This document shows positions 26,249-40,169 of a stretch of DNA of 64,000 bases, piece after piece (positions within the stretch are counted from its first letter, which is position 1; each line of letters begins with the position of its first letter). Origin of the DNA: Bigelowiella natans CCMP2755 (taxonomy: Eukaryota; Protista; Cercozoa). A program made the position numbers and the translations under genes. The notes beneath the pieces are model-generated. The model was given only the letters and a program-made list of their open reading frames with translations. It did not search any database and was not told where the DNA came from. The stretch spans positions 3,249-67,248 of the forward strand of contig ADNK01003027.1 in NCBI GenBank assembly GCA_000320545.1, written 5' to 3'.

Positions 26249-27929
26249 AATGATGATAACTTTGTCAGTCATCATCGTATTTGTGCAGCAGAAGCAGCAA
26301 CAACAAAATGTGCACACTTATGATATGATATTTCCATTTATTGTGCAGCATACATATTACTTTCGTCTTTGGACGAAGATCGTAGTATGCAATGTGTCCC
26401 TTTATTGGCTGCTTGTGCGTCTTTGAATCCTTCAACCACAAGATCTGCAGTAATTATCATGTCGCCCATCGCTTGATCATTTCGTTGGCCTCGGTGTTTC
26501 GTTATCTAATATATCTGGGCATACTACTCCCTACTTTGATTTCTTGCATACTTCTCCCCACTTTGATTTCTTACTAACACATGAGCTATGTAATATATAT
26601 ATGGACCTCCTCCTCCTCCTCCTCCTCCTCCTCCTCCTCCTCCCTAATTTTACTTACTTATCGATGGCTGCTACTACTACTATACTGTTTCTACCTCGAA
26701 ATTATAGAAATCTAGTCTGTTGAGGACTTTTACTACTATACTGTTTCTACCTCGAAATTATAGAAATCCAGTCTGTTGAGGACTTTGACGTCGTACCACA
26801 TTCCGTCTGAATAGATAGCCTGCACAACTTTTCCAACGCCAAATTCGCCCTAATCAATCAATCAATCACTCAATGAACGACGAACACAGATTGTATCATA
26901 TCGCGGACTTAATTCGCCCTATTGAATGAATGACGAACACACTTTGTATCATGTCGTGGACTTTAATTCTCCCCATTGAATGAATGACGAACACAGATTG
27001 TATCATGTCGCGGAATTCGTAAACACCGCCACCACCATTATCTCAATTTTAGATATTCTTCCTCTTCTTCCTTGTGTTCTCATGATTGACCTTCCTTGAA
27101 TCTGGTAGACCTGATGACATTGACGACGTCGAAGGTGAAGAGGAGGACATTTTCGCTGCTGCTGCTGCTGCGGCTACTACGGGTTTTTGTGCAATTTCCA
27201 ATCCCATAACTGCAGCTGCGTTGGCTCGAGCTCTTTTGTTCTTTTTACGTCTTGGTCTCTTCTTTGGATGATCCTGCTGTTGTTGCTGCTGCTGTTTAGG
27301 GGTCTTAGAGTCCCTTTTCCTCCTCCTCCCCCCCCTCCTCCTAAGCGAAGCTTTAGTAATTGCAATGCCTGGACCACGATGTCGCCGTCTCTGCTGGCGC
27401 TTTTTAGATTCACCTCCGCGTACTGTGACACTTCTATGGCGTTGTTGAGGATGCTGCTGCTGCTGCTGTTGTTGTTGTTGTTTCTTCTTCCTCGCTGATT
27501 GCTTTCCCTCCTCCCGTTGTTTCATCGTCATCATACGACTACCACTACTACCACTACGTGTTGTTGTTCCTGCTGCTGCTGCTGCTGTGATCCCACTAAC
27601 AATGGAATTCATCATTTTCTTCATGATCCAGCTACTACTACTACTACTACCACTACTATCGTTTTCTCTTCTCTCCAGCCTTTTGTTTGAGGAACTTGCT
27701 GAAGTCTCACGCCTAGTTTGCATTTTCTTCGTCCTGGCACCTGAAGTCTCACGCCTAGTTTGCATTTTGTTCGCCCTGGCACCTGCAGAAAAACATCACT
27801 ACATTTCTGCAATTCGCCCACTAGAAGCGTCATCATTCAGACAAGCCAGTTCAGATGTGGTGAGTATGAAAAGGTTATCCTCAACTTGTTCGTCGTCACA
27901 ATCACAATCATCATCATCATTATTATCAC

Positions 27930-27983
<54 letters not shown>

Positions 27984-28260
27984 GTGGTCGTCATTCGGCA
28001 TTATCAAATCGACCGATCATTATCAATACATCATCCCGATTCTGCTCATCCTCCTTTTCCGTGAGATCACCGTCATTATCATTACCATCACTATTACCAC
28101 TATCACCACTACTGCTTATTACCCTGTTGCACTCTTCTCCCCCCTCTCCTCTCTCCTCTCTCCCGATTGATGAATCCCTAATCTTGATCCTCCTCCTTTG
28201 ATCGCTTGCTCCTTCGTCTGTCTTAAAATAGTCAGTCGTTCGATTAAATTCTATGCACAA
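19165..28260 (-). CDS. Large chromatin-reader protein: several Tudor/chromo-barrel-like domains plus one bromodomain; multi-exon
   Basis: Tudor-like FGVGKVVQAIYSDGMWYDVKV (~26770-26850). Bromodomain [29 protein letters not shown] (~26015-26110) plus FAADFQLLVSNCAEYN (~25630-25680). VVVKFDNGVRYGGWV...LIKYDDGE (~23130-23290). KGDRCDCRDWNGEWHPAVV plus HFLGWSRSWDEWI (~22480-22570, ~21930-21975). Both ends are approximate. Confidence 0.78.
26675..26786. repeat. 2 x 56-bp tandem duplication spanning an exon end and splice donor
   Basis: tactactatactgtttctacctcgaaattatagaaatc(t/c)agtctgttgaggacttt at 26675 and 26731. Confidence 0.92.
26870..27015. repeat. Intronic tandem repeat, ~3 x 54 bp, diverged
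   Basis: aatgaa(c/t)gacgaacaca(ga/ct)ttgtatcat(a/g)tcg(c/t)gga is repeated three times. Confidence 0.85.
27700..27785 (-). repeat. 2 x 42-bp in-frame coding repeat
   Basis: Encodes GARxxKMQTRRETS twice at the start of an exon. Confidence 0.85.
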
Positions 28261-29026
28261 ATCAAGTCCAATTCTCTATTTCGTCATCGATCTACAAGAA
28301 AACTCACTCATGTTTCGTGGAGCAATATTAGTTACGACATTGCATCAATTCTGTTAGTTTTATTCTAGTCGCATCCTTGACTTCCCAGCTATATTCATTC
28401 ATCGAGGTGATTTTCATAGTGGATGTAGTCGGTTGTCCTCCTGCGACTTATGAAATTCTTCATGCGATATGCATTTGATTAAATTTTGATTTGATGAAAT
28501 CCATTTGGCAACATAAGTAATGTTATCATTACAGTCGTTGTCGCAAGCAGCGAAATCGACACGAAATGCATGGAGACAGCAGCACCAGGTGATTTATTGC
28601 CTTTTCCAACGCACAATATTGCTTTACTCAAGTATTTTGTAGGCGATTTGTTGTTTTTTTTGCCCTGATATTACTTCTTCACTGCTACTTGCTGTGCGGT
28701 GCTTGGAACACTACGAAGGAGAAGAAGAAGAAGAAGAAGAAGAGGGAGGAGAAAATGGAGGAGAGCAGGAGGGGGAGCAGCAGCAATGTAGTAACTACCA
28801 TGGGAGATCTAGGACAGAAACAAAGAAGACAGACATAGTTGTTCGCGACAAACGTTTTACAGACCACATTGAGCCAACAGCGAAGCTACTACTACAATTT
28901 GAGAAGAAGCTGCACGACGAGCTCAACTTTTGCACAAATTTCCTTCTGGCCACATGATGACGAATCCAAACATCATTTTGGTCTTAGTTCGCCGAAGAAA
29001 CTGCTAACAATCGGTCATCTAGAACA

Positions 29027-30189
29027 ATGGAACTATCACGAATAAACCCGTTGTTTATTATCATTGTTATTATCGTTGCGATAGCACATGCAGCAGCGTT
29101 GTCATCCTCCTCACAAGTAGTAGCATCACCCACTTTAAAAAGAGAATTAAGATCTGGCGATGACAAGAAGACTACTTTCCATTTGATGGAATTAATAAGG
29201 GGTTCTGGCGAGGAGTGCAACAAGAAGAAGAGGAAGAAGAAGAGGAAGAAGAAGAAGACTTCCCATAGCGATTTACCTCCTTATCGGAACATCTTGCATA
29301 TCGTGATTGACGACCTAGGTTGGCATGATGGGTCATGGAAATTATCGTTGACACCAAATCTGAATCGCCTAGCTCAGGATGGCGTTTCTCTGGAGCGTTT
29401 GTATGCCTCTCCCATGTGTGCCCCTTCAAGAGCATCAATGTTCACAGGAAGGCATCCCGCAGCACTTGGATACTATAGAAACCCAAGTGAAGACGCATGC
29501 TTACCATCTGATTGTGAATATTTGCCATTTCATCTTCGTAGCCTCAAAAACCCTGGCATTGTCCAGAAACATGATGATAATGATGATGATGATGTGGAAG
29601 AGGAAGAGGATCGAAAGAGCAGCTACAAAACCCACCTTGTTGGTAAATGGCACCTCCCTTGGCATTCACCTGACGAACTACCCTCAGGACCAAAAGTTTG
29701 CTTTGATAGGTAGTAGCAGTTGTAGCAGCAGCAACAGCAGCAACAGCAGCCACAATGACATGACTTTAGAGTGACAATGCCATTAGGTAGAAGCCTCCCC
29801 TTTTTCCATGCATGTATTTCTGTTGTCGGGTTGAGACCATTCTCCTTCCTTCCTTCCTTCCTTCCTTCCTTCCTTTCCTCCTTCTCATGCATCTAAATCA
29901 ATATTGAAACATTATTGACCACATAAGATAGTTCTCCAATCGTTCTTTATAACATGTATAATAACTGTATGTTCTTACTACTTGGTTCTGCTTCTTGTCT
30001 GGTGCTTTATTGGTTAGTTTCTTTGGATACTTGCACTGGGGAATGGATTATTTCACGCATGAGTTCCCTCCTTCTGTTCATACAGGACCTGTAACTTGTA
30101 GGGGGTACGACGTTATTTGATGTTGTGGTGGTGATTGAGTGTTAGTTGTTGCAAGTGCATTATTTCTTACTATCACTTATTCCTCCTGC

Positions 30190-30221
<32 letters not shown>

Positions 30222-31608
30222 CTTCTTCTGCTTTTAGCAGCCATTTCTTCATCTCTGATACACATAAATACGAACATACACGCACGCACACATAACAAAT
30301 GTCTAAAAAAACAATTACAATGAAATAAATAACAAACGGTGTTGCAAATTACCTACATGTGTACTAGTTTATCATCATCATCATCATCATCATCACCTAA
30401 GAATTTATTATTATTTTCCCCTCCTCCTATCCTCTGATAATGTATGTTCAGCTACGATTTAATAAACTCTACTCGGTTTCGTCAAAGTAAGAAGGGAGAT
30501 GGAGGAGGAGGAGGAGGAGGAGGAGGAGGAGGAGGAAGAAATGTTCATGAGGTTGATTCTCCGGGCGACTTATTTGATGGGATTTACGCTGATGAACTAT
30601 TCGCACAAGAGGCTCTGCGTATTATCAAGACGCACAGTAGTAGCGAGAAAGAACTGATCAAAATGAAGAAACAGCGGCAGCCGTTATACTTGTGTGTAGC
30701 ATTTCAGGGTCTGCATGATCCGTATCAGGTTGTTGTAGTAGGTCATGGAAGAAGTAGCAGCAGCAGCAGCAGCAGCAGCACATGTTCGTAGTTCATTAGG
30801 AGGATCCTGATTTCATTTCATTTCATTATATTACAGTAATAATAGATGTATCAACAAACGACCTCAACAAATTGTTTCTTAGCTTTGGCACTTCACCATA
30901 GTTGACACTCTTTGACAAGATTGCGTGGTTTTGCTGCTACTATTAATGTATTATGGTGTTTGGTTGTGGTGAGAAGGCTCCTGATAAACATTCTGGGATG
31001 CAGCACTCACGAAGTGAAGCTTTGCCTGATTTCTCCTCCACAGATGATCTGTGTAGTGGTATTACTACAAGCAGTAGCAGCGGCTTGAAGGATGGTAGTA
31101 AGGATGAGTTTGGGGGATATGATGATGATGGAGATATGATTCACAAGAAGGAGGAGCTAGAAGCTCTAACTACCAAATGCTCAAATTACTCGAAAATGGT
31201 AGTAAGTCAGGGCGCATTATGTAATATATGATAAAACGAAGAAGAAGAATAAATTAAGGCGAAAGAATAAGACAAACAGTTCTGCGTGAATATCATACAA
31301 TCATTCTTCAGGCTATTTTCCAAAAGAGACACTCCAGATGATTGCTATCATCATCATCATCATCATCATCATCATATCTATCATGGTTATTGTCTTGCCT
31401 GTTAGACTGACAGTTCCTTCTTGCTATTCTTTTTCTTCTTTTTATTATTGTTCTTCTTCTTCTTCTTCTTCTTCTTCTTCTTCTTCTTTTCCAGCTTACA
31501 AAATTGGATGATTTGATTGGGCAGCTTGTGAATGAGATCAAGCATCAAGGGATGTACGAGAACACAATTATCATCGTACATTCTGACAACGGCGGAGCAC
31601 TTGCATGG

Positions 31609-31658
<50 letters not shown>

Positions 31659-32890
31659 AGCTGCAGTAGTAGTATACGTTCGCCACATCCTTCCTATTAC
31701 TTTCTCCATATTCTCATAGTAGACAAAATTCCTACTATTATTATTTGTTGTTGTTGCTGTTCATCATAGATTATTACTCCTAGCCATTACTTCAGTTGTT
31801 GGCTTTGCGATATCCTGCTGCTGCTGCATCCATATTGTTTGTTGTTTTATTTTTATGCAGGGCCGAGGATAGCAAGCTAGGTGGAGCATCTAGTAATTAC
31901 CCATTAAGAGGCGGAAAGTTTGGATTATATGAGGGAGGTGTAAGAGTGAGGGGCTTCGTCCACTCCGATCTATTACCCGAATCACAAAGAAATTCAACAT
32001 GGGATGGCTTAATGCATATCTCAGATATTTTAGATACCATCGTTGGAGCAGCAACAGCAGGAGGTGTTACTATTACAGAGGGAAGAAGAAGAAGAAGAGA
32101 AAAGGAGGAGGAGGAGGAGGAGGAGGAGGAGGATACGGATGTTGTTGGAGAGGACCAATTGGAAGAGGAGGTAGCAGCCTTAACAGCAACAGATACATCA
32201 GTCGCTATGGAAGAAATGAGAAAAGGAGGAGGAGGAGGAGGAGGAGGAGGAGCGACAAGCAAAGACGGCACTACCGTTACACCTAGTAGCAGCAGCAGCA
32301 GCAACACGTTCAACATGTGGCCATATATCTTGTCAGGACTGAAATCGCCCCGTAATGAAATAGTTCTGCAGCCTCTCAATCAGTATTGGCCAAACGCCAA
32401 TAATAATCGCTGCTGCTGCTGTTCTGATTCATGGCTTAACAATCCATATCAACCCCATTGTGGTGCAGCTTACCTGCAATGGCCATACAAACTAATTGTG
32501 GGAGAACCTGGTGACCATAGAACTTCAAAGTCAGGATTAGCTGATCGATTACTTGAATGGCAGCAGCCAGCATGTCATCAAAACGACGCTCCTATGATCA
32601 TAAACATAGGGCCAAAGTTCGGAAGTCAAGAAATCCGACTTTTTGACGTCGACAGAGATCCTGGAGAAAGTATTAATTTGGCTCACACCCCAAAAGGGAA
32701 AAGGCTCGCTATGCAGTTGGTTCAAAGATTAATCACAGAAAGTGCAAGTTTCCCTGCACCAACTGTAGGAAGTGACTTGTCGGCACCACCCAAAGAAGCA
32801 TGTGAGGTGGTGAGAGAAACAGGGAACTGGCGACCTTGGGAACCTTCCAAATTTGGAGATCATGTAGTTGTTGCGACAAGGAATGAATGA
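29027..32890 (+). CDS. Secreted arylsulfatase (formylglycine-dependent S1 family, ARSB-like); multi-exon
   Basis: Hydrophobic signal peptide; NILHIVIDDLGWHD; active-site CAPSRASMFTGR (CxPxR); THLVGKWHL; LYLCVAFQGLHDP; NTIIIVHSDNGG; NYPLRGGKFGLYEGGVRV; LMHISD; LFDVDRDPGESINLA. Confidence 0.93.
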
Positions 32891-33229
32891 ATGAATGACA
32901 TCGACGACGACGACGACGACTAAAACGAACAAAAATATGTTATCATAGATTGTAGCGAGCAGTTTGGAGAATGTACCACCTATACTTCCATGCTGGGACA
33001 TATGACAAATGATCATCATCATTCATATTTTTGTCGTAGAAATCTCCAACAAATTTTAATAATTGTTCGAACAGCGGTGGTGCAGAAATACTTAGTCAGG
33101 ACGCCTTTTGAGGATGACTTGATGTGTTCTGTAAGTTCTTCTTGTTTGGGAGCTAGTCCACTTCATGTCGGCATTTACACGCACACAGCCATATTCGCAT
33201 TGTAATATGATTCTTGCACCTTGATCGCC

Positions 33230-33232
33230 TAG

Positions 33233-33270
<38 letters not shown>

Positions 33271-34640
33271 TTGCATTGCTATGATTGGCAAGTGGGGATT
33301 CATCTGATGGCAATTTTGTGCTCGTTTGCACATCATGTGAGTTTGACATGGCCCACCAAGCTAGCGAGAAAGGGGCCATGAATGCTAGAATGTGCAAGTG
33401 TTCATTCGATTGTTAGGCTGATCGCCACTGCATTTGTTTGCACGGGAACATCTAGACACATGGTCATGCCAGCATGCAGCATGCCCACTAGCTAGCTAGT
33501 CCACAGTAGTAGCTAGCGGTCCTGTGAGAAGAATTTGCACATGCAGATCTTTCTGCGATTGCTGATGAAACAAAACAGGTGTTGCCGAGGAAGCTGAAGC
33601 TTCCAGGTAGGCAGTGGAACAAATGCTCTTGTTGCGCATGCAGGCGCGCTGGAAATTGATGCATGTGAAAGATGCGATTTGACAATGATGCCAGCAGCAA
33701 ACAATTCAAATTTCACACATGGAGCCATTCGCTGACGCCATGCTAGCATGCATGGATGCCAGCATCAAGATTCTTCATTTTTGCTTTGCGGGCAACCTTT
33801 TGCATTGAAAGTTTTGGGGTTCCGTTGGGGTTTCATTTGTTTTGCATGCATTTTTGCACACAACTGTGTCAATCCCGGTGACGAGTGGGTTTTGAACAAA
33901 CCATGCTTTGCGCGTGCGGCCTGGCGCGCTCAATCGTTGCAATCGGACATTGGAAGCACACTGGAGCCTGTTTGAGGTTCAAATTTGATTTTTTTTTCGA
34001 ATTTCAGCTCAAAAACCTCATTTTTCAACGCAGAACGCCTGCCAGCAGGCGAAAATTGGAAAATTCTTGCCACTTTCGAACACGCTAGCGCATTTGCATT
34101 TGCGTGCCATGAGTTTTGCAAGCTCATGAGGGTGTGTGCACACTAGCTTTGTGGACGTGCGAAGTTTCAGCACACGCACGCAAAAATCACTGGACCAATT
34201 GACAAATTCATGCTGTTCGTTGCACATTTGACACAGTGATTGAAAATTCACACCATTCATCACACATTTGATGCAGTTGTGCATGTCACACACTAGCACA
34301 CCTAGACACTCTAGCTACTTAGCAGTAGTGCTAGACTGTAACGTGCATGACACAGCATCGCGAATGTCTCCAGATGTTGTGTCCATTTTGCAGCGTTGAC
34401 GTGCCGAAGCAAATGTGTCTACGTTAGTACTGCGCTGTACTTGCGCACACACGCACACACGCACACACATGATTTCACTTTTGTTGCGTAGTGTCTTGCG
34501 AAGATGCGCGATTCGCGCCAATATTCATGTATGCGCGATGGAGTGATGTCCCAATCCATGCTATGTGTCATGTGTACTAGCAGAGACTATCTAGCTATGT
34601 CTAGAGATCTGTGCATTGACATGCTATGCATGGCTTGGAG
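33230..34640. mobile_element. Decayed repeat island of unknown class, extremely TpA-depleted
   Basis: Composition matches the other repeat islands: 4 TpA in 33541-34260, with clusters of CTAG. Short matches to other islands (acatctagac; cattggaagcaca also at ~61638). Transposon origin is inferred. Confidence 0.5.
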
Positions 34641-34692
34641 TCCCTTTGATACGTGGTTGTGACTGTCTGATAAAAGAATCGAACTTGTTCGT

Positions 34693-35926
34693 CTACAGAA
34701 GCGAAGATGCACAGTGAGAAAACAAACTAAGTAGATGAAATGGCGAATCGCTTGATTTGCGACAGAGACTTTCTTCAAGGTAGTAGGGGTTTGTCGTCTC
34801 GATGTTGTTTCTATGTGAGCTATGATCTCTTTCATGATGATAAAATGATGAATTATGTGCTTCAAATAAATCTACAATCGATTCATTTTTGAGAGTTGAC
34901 AAGCGCCAGAGCTTGCAAGCTGAAGCAGCCACGTCGTTGTTTCCAAGCTTTCGAAACAAATATATTGGTCTTGCCTGTCCAAACGATTTGCTACTAGTCC
35001 CAGATATATTAAAAGTGCGGAACAGCTGCAAACGGGTGTGATTTCGAATCCAAGCGAGGAAATCTTTGGGACGCAGCTTTATGTTCTTGAGAGATCCAAT
35101 CGTAGGAGAGGAAGTTTCTCTTTTAGTTTGCGCTTTTTGGTAGCTTTTCCATGGTTGTGGTTCTAATGCAAGAACCCCCCCTACCGAAAGAGATCGTTCA
35201 CATTTGAGGAGCAAGTCGATGATTCCCTGGTCGCCCCTACATTGGGGTATTATTATAATAATCATTTTTATTATCATCATCATTATCTCTTTTATAAATC
35301 TTATCACAACTTATCAGGTAACAACTTGTAAATTATTATCATACCCACACCATCATCGTTAATGCTACTTGTCGTACGTTATACGTACGATGTATTACCA
35401 ATTCAGGTGGATCCACTTCGTAACGCTAAAGCAAGTGATCATGTCATAAACTCCAACCGATTCATAAGGATTATCCAACCAATTTTGGCAATGGAAATGT
35501 ACTTGAAGTCGTCGCAAATTTTGAGCTTCTGCATGATGATGATGATGGTGACGTTGAGTGCTACTTCCTTTTCCCCCTCTTGGTAGAAAATGCTCTTTTC
35601 TCAAGATGTTGTTGCTGCTGCTGCTGATTATTGGTGGTTGATATTGATTCTGATGCCTGTGGCGAGGATGAAGATACGATGAGCGAAATAATAATGCACC
35701 AGAAGCTCTCGAAGAATCATCTTTAGCTGCCACTGCCGCTCGTATTGCATTCGAGCGTGCTTTGTAAATTAAGGTAGGGTCAATATCCACACCATGCATT
35801 ACGTAGGGCTGAGCTTTTAGAGCAAGGCCTAGTGTCAGGATACCCTCCTGACAACAACAACAACAATAATATTAATTATACCATTAGATAATAAGGGCAG
35901 CGTACGTGCGTGTGTGTCCCCGGTAG

Positions 35927-35961
<35 letters not shown>

Positions 35962-37260
35962 TGACTATTGATATCGTCAACAAAAAGTGCTTACATTGCA
36001 GCCAATGTCCAAACACCTCATTCCTTTCAATGAATTCGGTTCAAATATGTTTAGCCTTATGTCCTGCCCAATTTTTCTTCCAGATCTATACCTGATTCAA
36101 GATATTATTACATAAAGGAGGTCTCTTCTACATCATGGCTGGTCGCTGATCATAAAGCAAACGATGCTTTCTAAAGATGATCGATATCAGACTTATGATA
36201 TACAGATGAAACCTCACCATATGTACACGTACTTGCATGTATAATTTTCACGACGGGACTATATCATCATAAGCAGCTTGTTGTATTGATCTCCAAATAT
36301 AAAGAAAAATAACTAAAGGAGGCATGCTTCGAGATTTGGGAATTTTGTCCGAGAGATGCACGCAAATACTTATGATTGGATGTCTACTACTAGTACGGAC
36401 ATCATCACAGAATTTTAGGCAGCAGCAGTCCTGTTACACCAGCAGTAGCAGCAGTAGAGGCAGCAGCAGTACCAGTAGAAGTAGCTCTCTCTCTCTCTCT
36501 ATTTATGTAACTAGTCATTATTATTATCACCCATAATAGTTCTGGTAGTTCCCAAATTTAACACTCCCCCTTCTCATCCACTGCCCTTTTCTCTTGTAGA
36601 AATCTTTAACTACTGAAGGGGGTGCTTCTTTCCCTTCCTCTCTATATCGTCCCTCGCTCCTTTCACAATTGTTGTTGTTGTTGTTGTTTTCGGTGTTGTT
36701 TCCATTGGCCACAGAGCTGTTCTTCTTCGGCACGTGAGATTCGGACAAAGAACTCTGTTTATTATATTGTCGATGCTGTTGCTGCTGCTGCTGCTGCTGC
36801 CGCGACAAGGTGGTTTGTGGAACATGACGACGAGGAGGAGGATGGCTACACCTTTCGATTTAGTACGCAGGAGAGTGAAGAAGACGACATTATATAACGG
36901 CAACATTACTTTTTATGCTAGTTGATAATGATGAGTAGGTGATAACCTATATTACTGCTTACAAAAGAACTACCTCCTCTAATACAATTTCTTGTTACTA
37001 CTACGACAAAACCATCATCATTCATTCATATGTTGATTATTACTTGAGCAATCGTCGACGACTCGCCTCCTCATCTCCATATGCTGGCACAATGAATTTC
37101 CTTTTGTTCAACAGAGAAGAAACCGGAACAGCAGCCGTACCCGCAGTAGTAGCAGGTATGCTCTTTTTTCTCATTATTATTTGTGTCTCGTTGTTCCCTG
37201 TCGTCGTATGGCAGTTCCTTAGCTTGCTTACTGTCGAACCAGAAAGAAGCTGCGACTGGA

Positions 37261-37291
<31 letters not shown>

Positions 37292-37860
37292 CTCAAAATG
37301 ATATTGATAATGCTGGTGCTGATGCTGCTGATTTCGACGATGGTGATGACCAGAAAAGTTTTGATAATAGAGAGCACAAAGATGTAGTAGCCAGATAAGG
37401 AGGATCAATAGGATTCTCACTATTGAGGTCGTACCGCTACTAGTAGCGGTCACAAGGGAATCAAAAGTTACAGCAACAGCATTAGTAAATGACGAGATTT
37501 GCTTCCTAATCGCCATAACGCTCCCCCGTGATGTAAGTTGAATGTGCTTACTACGGTCATAGCTTGCAGTGTTCGTTCTGTTCTGTTCTTCTATGGTATT
37601 TATACGACGGGCCTTTGCTGTGTGGCCCTCCCTATTCTTACCCTGGGAATGGTACTTGTTTATTTCGTTGATAATGATGATGATGATGATGATGATGCCG
37701 ATGATAATAAACATGCACATGCATGATGATCGTCGATCTGTTCGTCGATCGCCTCTGTCTGTCTGTGTGTGTGTGTGTGTGTTATGTTGTAAGATCTAGA
37801 TCTAGTACGAGGAATTATTAATACGATCATCATATAATAATATCCAACCATTTTTACCAT
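34693..37860 (-). CDS. MEPCE: Bin3/MePCE-family RNA methylphosphate capping methyltransferase; multi-exon
   Basis: KFGNYQNYYG; CLDIGCN|EGILT (SAM motif I); HGVDIDPTLIYKAR; YDMITCFSVTKWIHLNW|GDQG; LALEPQPWKSY; RPIYLFRK. The start at 37860 (MVKM|GKNRE) is tentative. Confidence 0.9.
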
Positions 37861-38328
37861 GCGACAACCACTGATTAAATGGGATTTTAAGATTTTTTTA
37901 GGTATTATTTATTAATAACCAATTGTGTAGAGATTATGTGTAATTTTGAGTTGCGACAACAAAAAGAGCATGCCAATACCTAGAAATACTGATGTAAACG
38001 ATGACAACGACAACGACAACGACTACGACGACGTCCTCAGGACGACAACGAGTACCGCCAGCTGTGCCTGCCTGCGTGCCTGCCTGCCTGCCTGCCGCAT
38101 GTACGGGCATCAACGTCGTCTATTCTGAGCAGTGGTAATACTACCCTGGCTGTTGTGCAGTAAACAACGATTGCATGGGGAACTAACTACCGCTGACAAC
38201 TTTGCTATATTTGTGCTGCTATGCATATATCCAACATGATGCTGTACACGTAGTGCACACAGTAGTAGCTGATGAGCATAATTCTTCCGGCGGCCATTGG
38301 ATCAGCACCGATAGCTATTAGCATTGCA

Positions 38329-39917
38329 AATGGCTGCTTCTAATCCATATTTGGATGCTGTTAACGAACATGGTAAGCGAATGAAGAGTATTTTAGCACC
38401 CCTTAAAGGACTTCTAAAAGACATTGTCAACATCTCGTTGAGGGTATGTGAATGCAATCTTTTGTAAATTTAGTCCCAAATCGTCCTTTTATTATTTATC
38501 GCCTGTTGTCTGTTCCAGCTTCGGAAAATAAAAGGCATCAAGTCTCTCCGGAATCAGTAGTTACACAAAATCGTAAATGCTTTCATGTGCAACGATGACG
38601 TTACTGGGTCGCAAATCAGGTTGAAAGCGACAAAACGTAATGCGGAATGCTTGCTGGACGGAACGAATATGTTTAGGGTAGTAGTAGCAGTGGTTAGTAG
38701 GTGTAGTTAGTGACACATCATCGAAAGATAATGATTAAAATTTCCAAACATCTTCGCATCCAACATCTTTGCGCCGATGATGATGATTTGGTTGGCGCGT
38801 GTGACGTGTTGGGATGATGCATGGACTAGTGGCATCAGATATACACGCCTCAAGATAATAATTAAAAAATAATTATAAATAATAACAGCAATGGTAACAA
38901 TAATAGTAATGATAGTAATCCAGAATTAATACTTATATTTGCACACTGGCAGGTAGCAAACTCAGAAAACACATCGGTTATAAAGAATGTGACAGACACT
39001 TTGGAAATCATACGAAATTGGGCTGCTGACTGTGAAACGAAGTTGTAAGTTCTTCATTAGAAAATTTATGAAATATAAGATGATAATAGCATCACGATTT
39101 GTCACATGTTGTTGTTGTTGTTGTTGTTGTTGTTGTCTGTTTCTTTCATTCTCTTTCTTGGGCTTCTTTCTTCTTACCATCGTCCATATCGTACCTCCAC
39201 CACCACATATGATCCATCAACCACTACAACACAGGCATCATTGAGAACAAAAGCCATAATTATCCCTTGTTCTTCTACCTCCATATTCACTTAGAGTTGA
39301 TAAAGGCCCTGCTGCTCATCGTGAGAGACGTGAGGCATGGTTGGCATTTCTTGAGCGGAAGCAGCACCAACATCCCTCTGCAGCAGTATTCGATAGTAGA
39401 GAATTACGAGGAGGAGAGACAACTATTGAATCCCATCAAAGGAAAAACACGCAATCATCATCCGGAATGAAGAAGAAATCGGAAGGAGGCTACCATAACA
39501 ACGGGATGCAACGTCAGGATAGGAAAGCAAGACGGTAATAATAATAATAATAATAATATTAATGATAATAATAGGAAACTCTGTCGTCATGCAATGAAGA
39601 AGAAGAATAACGAGTAGAAGAAGGAAAGTGCAAAAAAGGGAGGATATCGAAGAAGAAAGGAAGGAAAAATAAGCTAAAACAATATTTCGTCACTTGATTC
39701 GTACTCATGATTATCGTTGTCCTTATAATTTATGAGTATTTTGGATTAAGTTGTATCCTCTTCTCCTTCTTCTCCATTAGTAGAAGCCGATTTTCCATTG
39801 ATATGGGCACAATAAGCAGTAATAATAATGATAATGGTGAAGCTGATGAGGAGGAGGAGGAGGACCACGACAGCAAAATGCTGCAAGTAAGTATCAGGCC
39901 TCATAGAAAGAGAGGAA

Positions 39918-39954
<37 letters not shown>

Positions 39955-40133
39955 TATCAGCATGGAGAGTAATTGTTCATGATCATATAATAGTAATACC
40001 GTAGTAACAATAAGTCGCCTCTGGGCAGCAACTTTTCACATATCCACCATCAGCATTCTCCTCTCCATCCTCCTGCTCCTATGATCATTTGGAGTAGTAG
40101 CGAATATATGCAGCATGTTAGGCATCATATCAT

Positions 40134-40169
<36 letters not shown>

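Noticed and set aside
3011-37860. Alternative genetic code or stop-codon reassignment
   Set aside because: The conserved exons I translated (glucuronokinase, sulfatase, Bin3) have no in-frame stops; apparent stops fall in introns.
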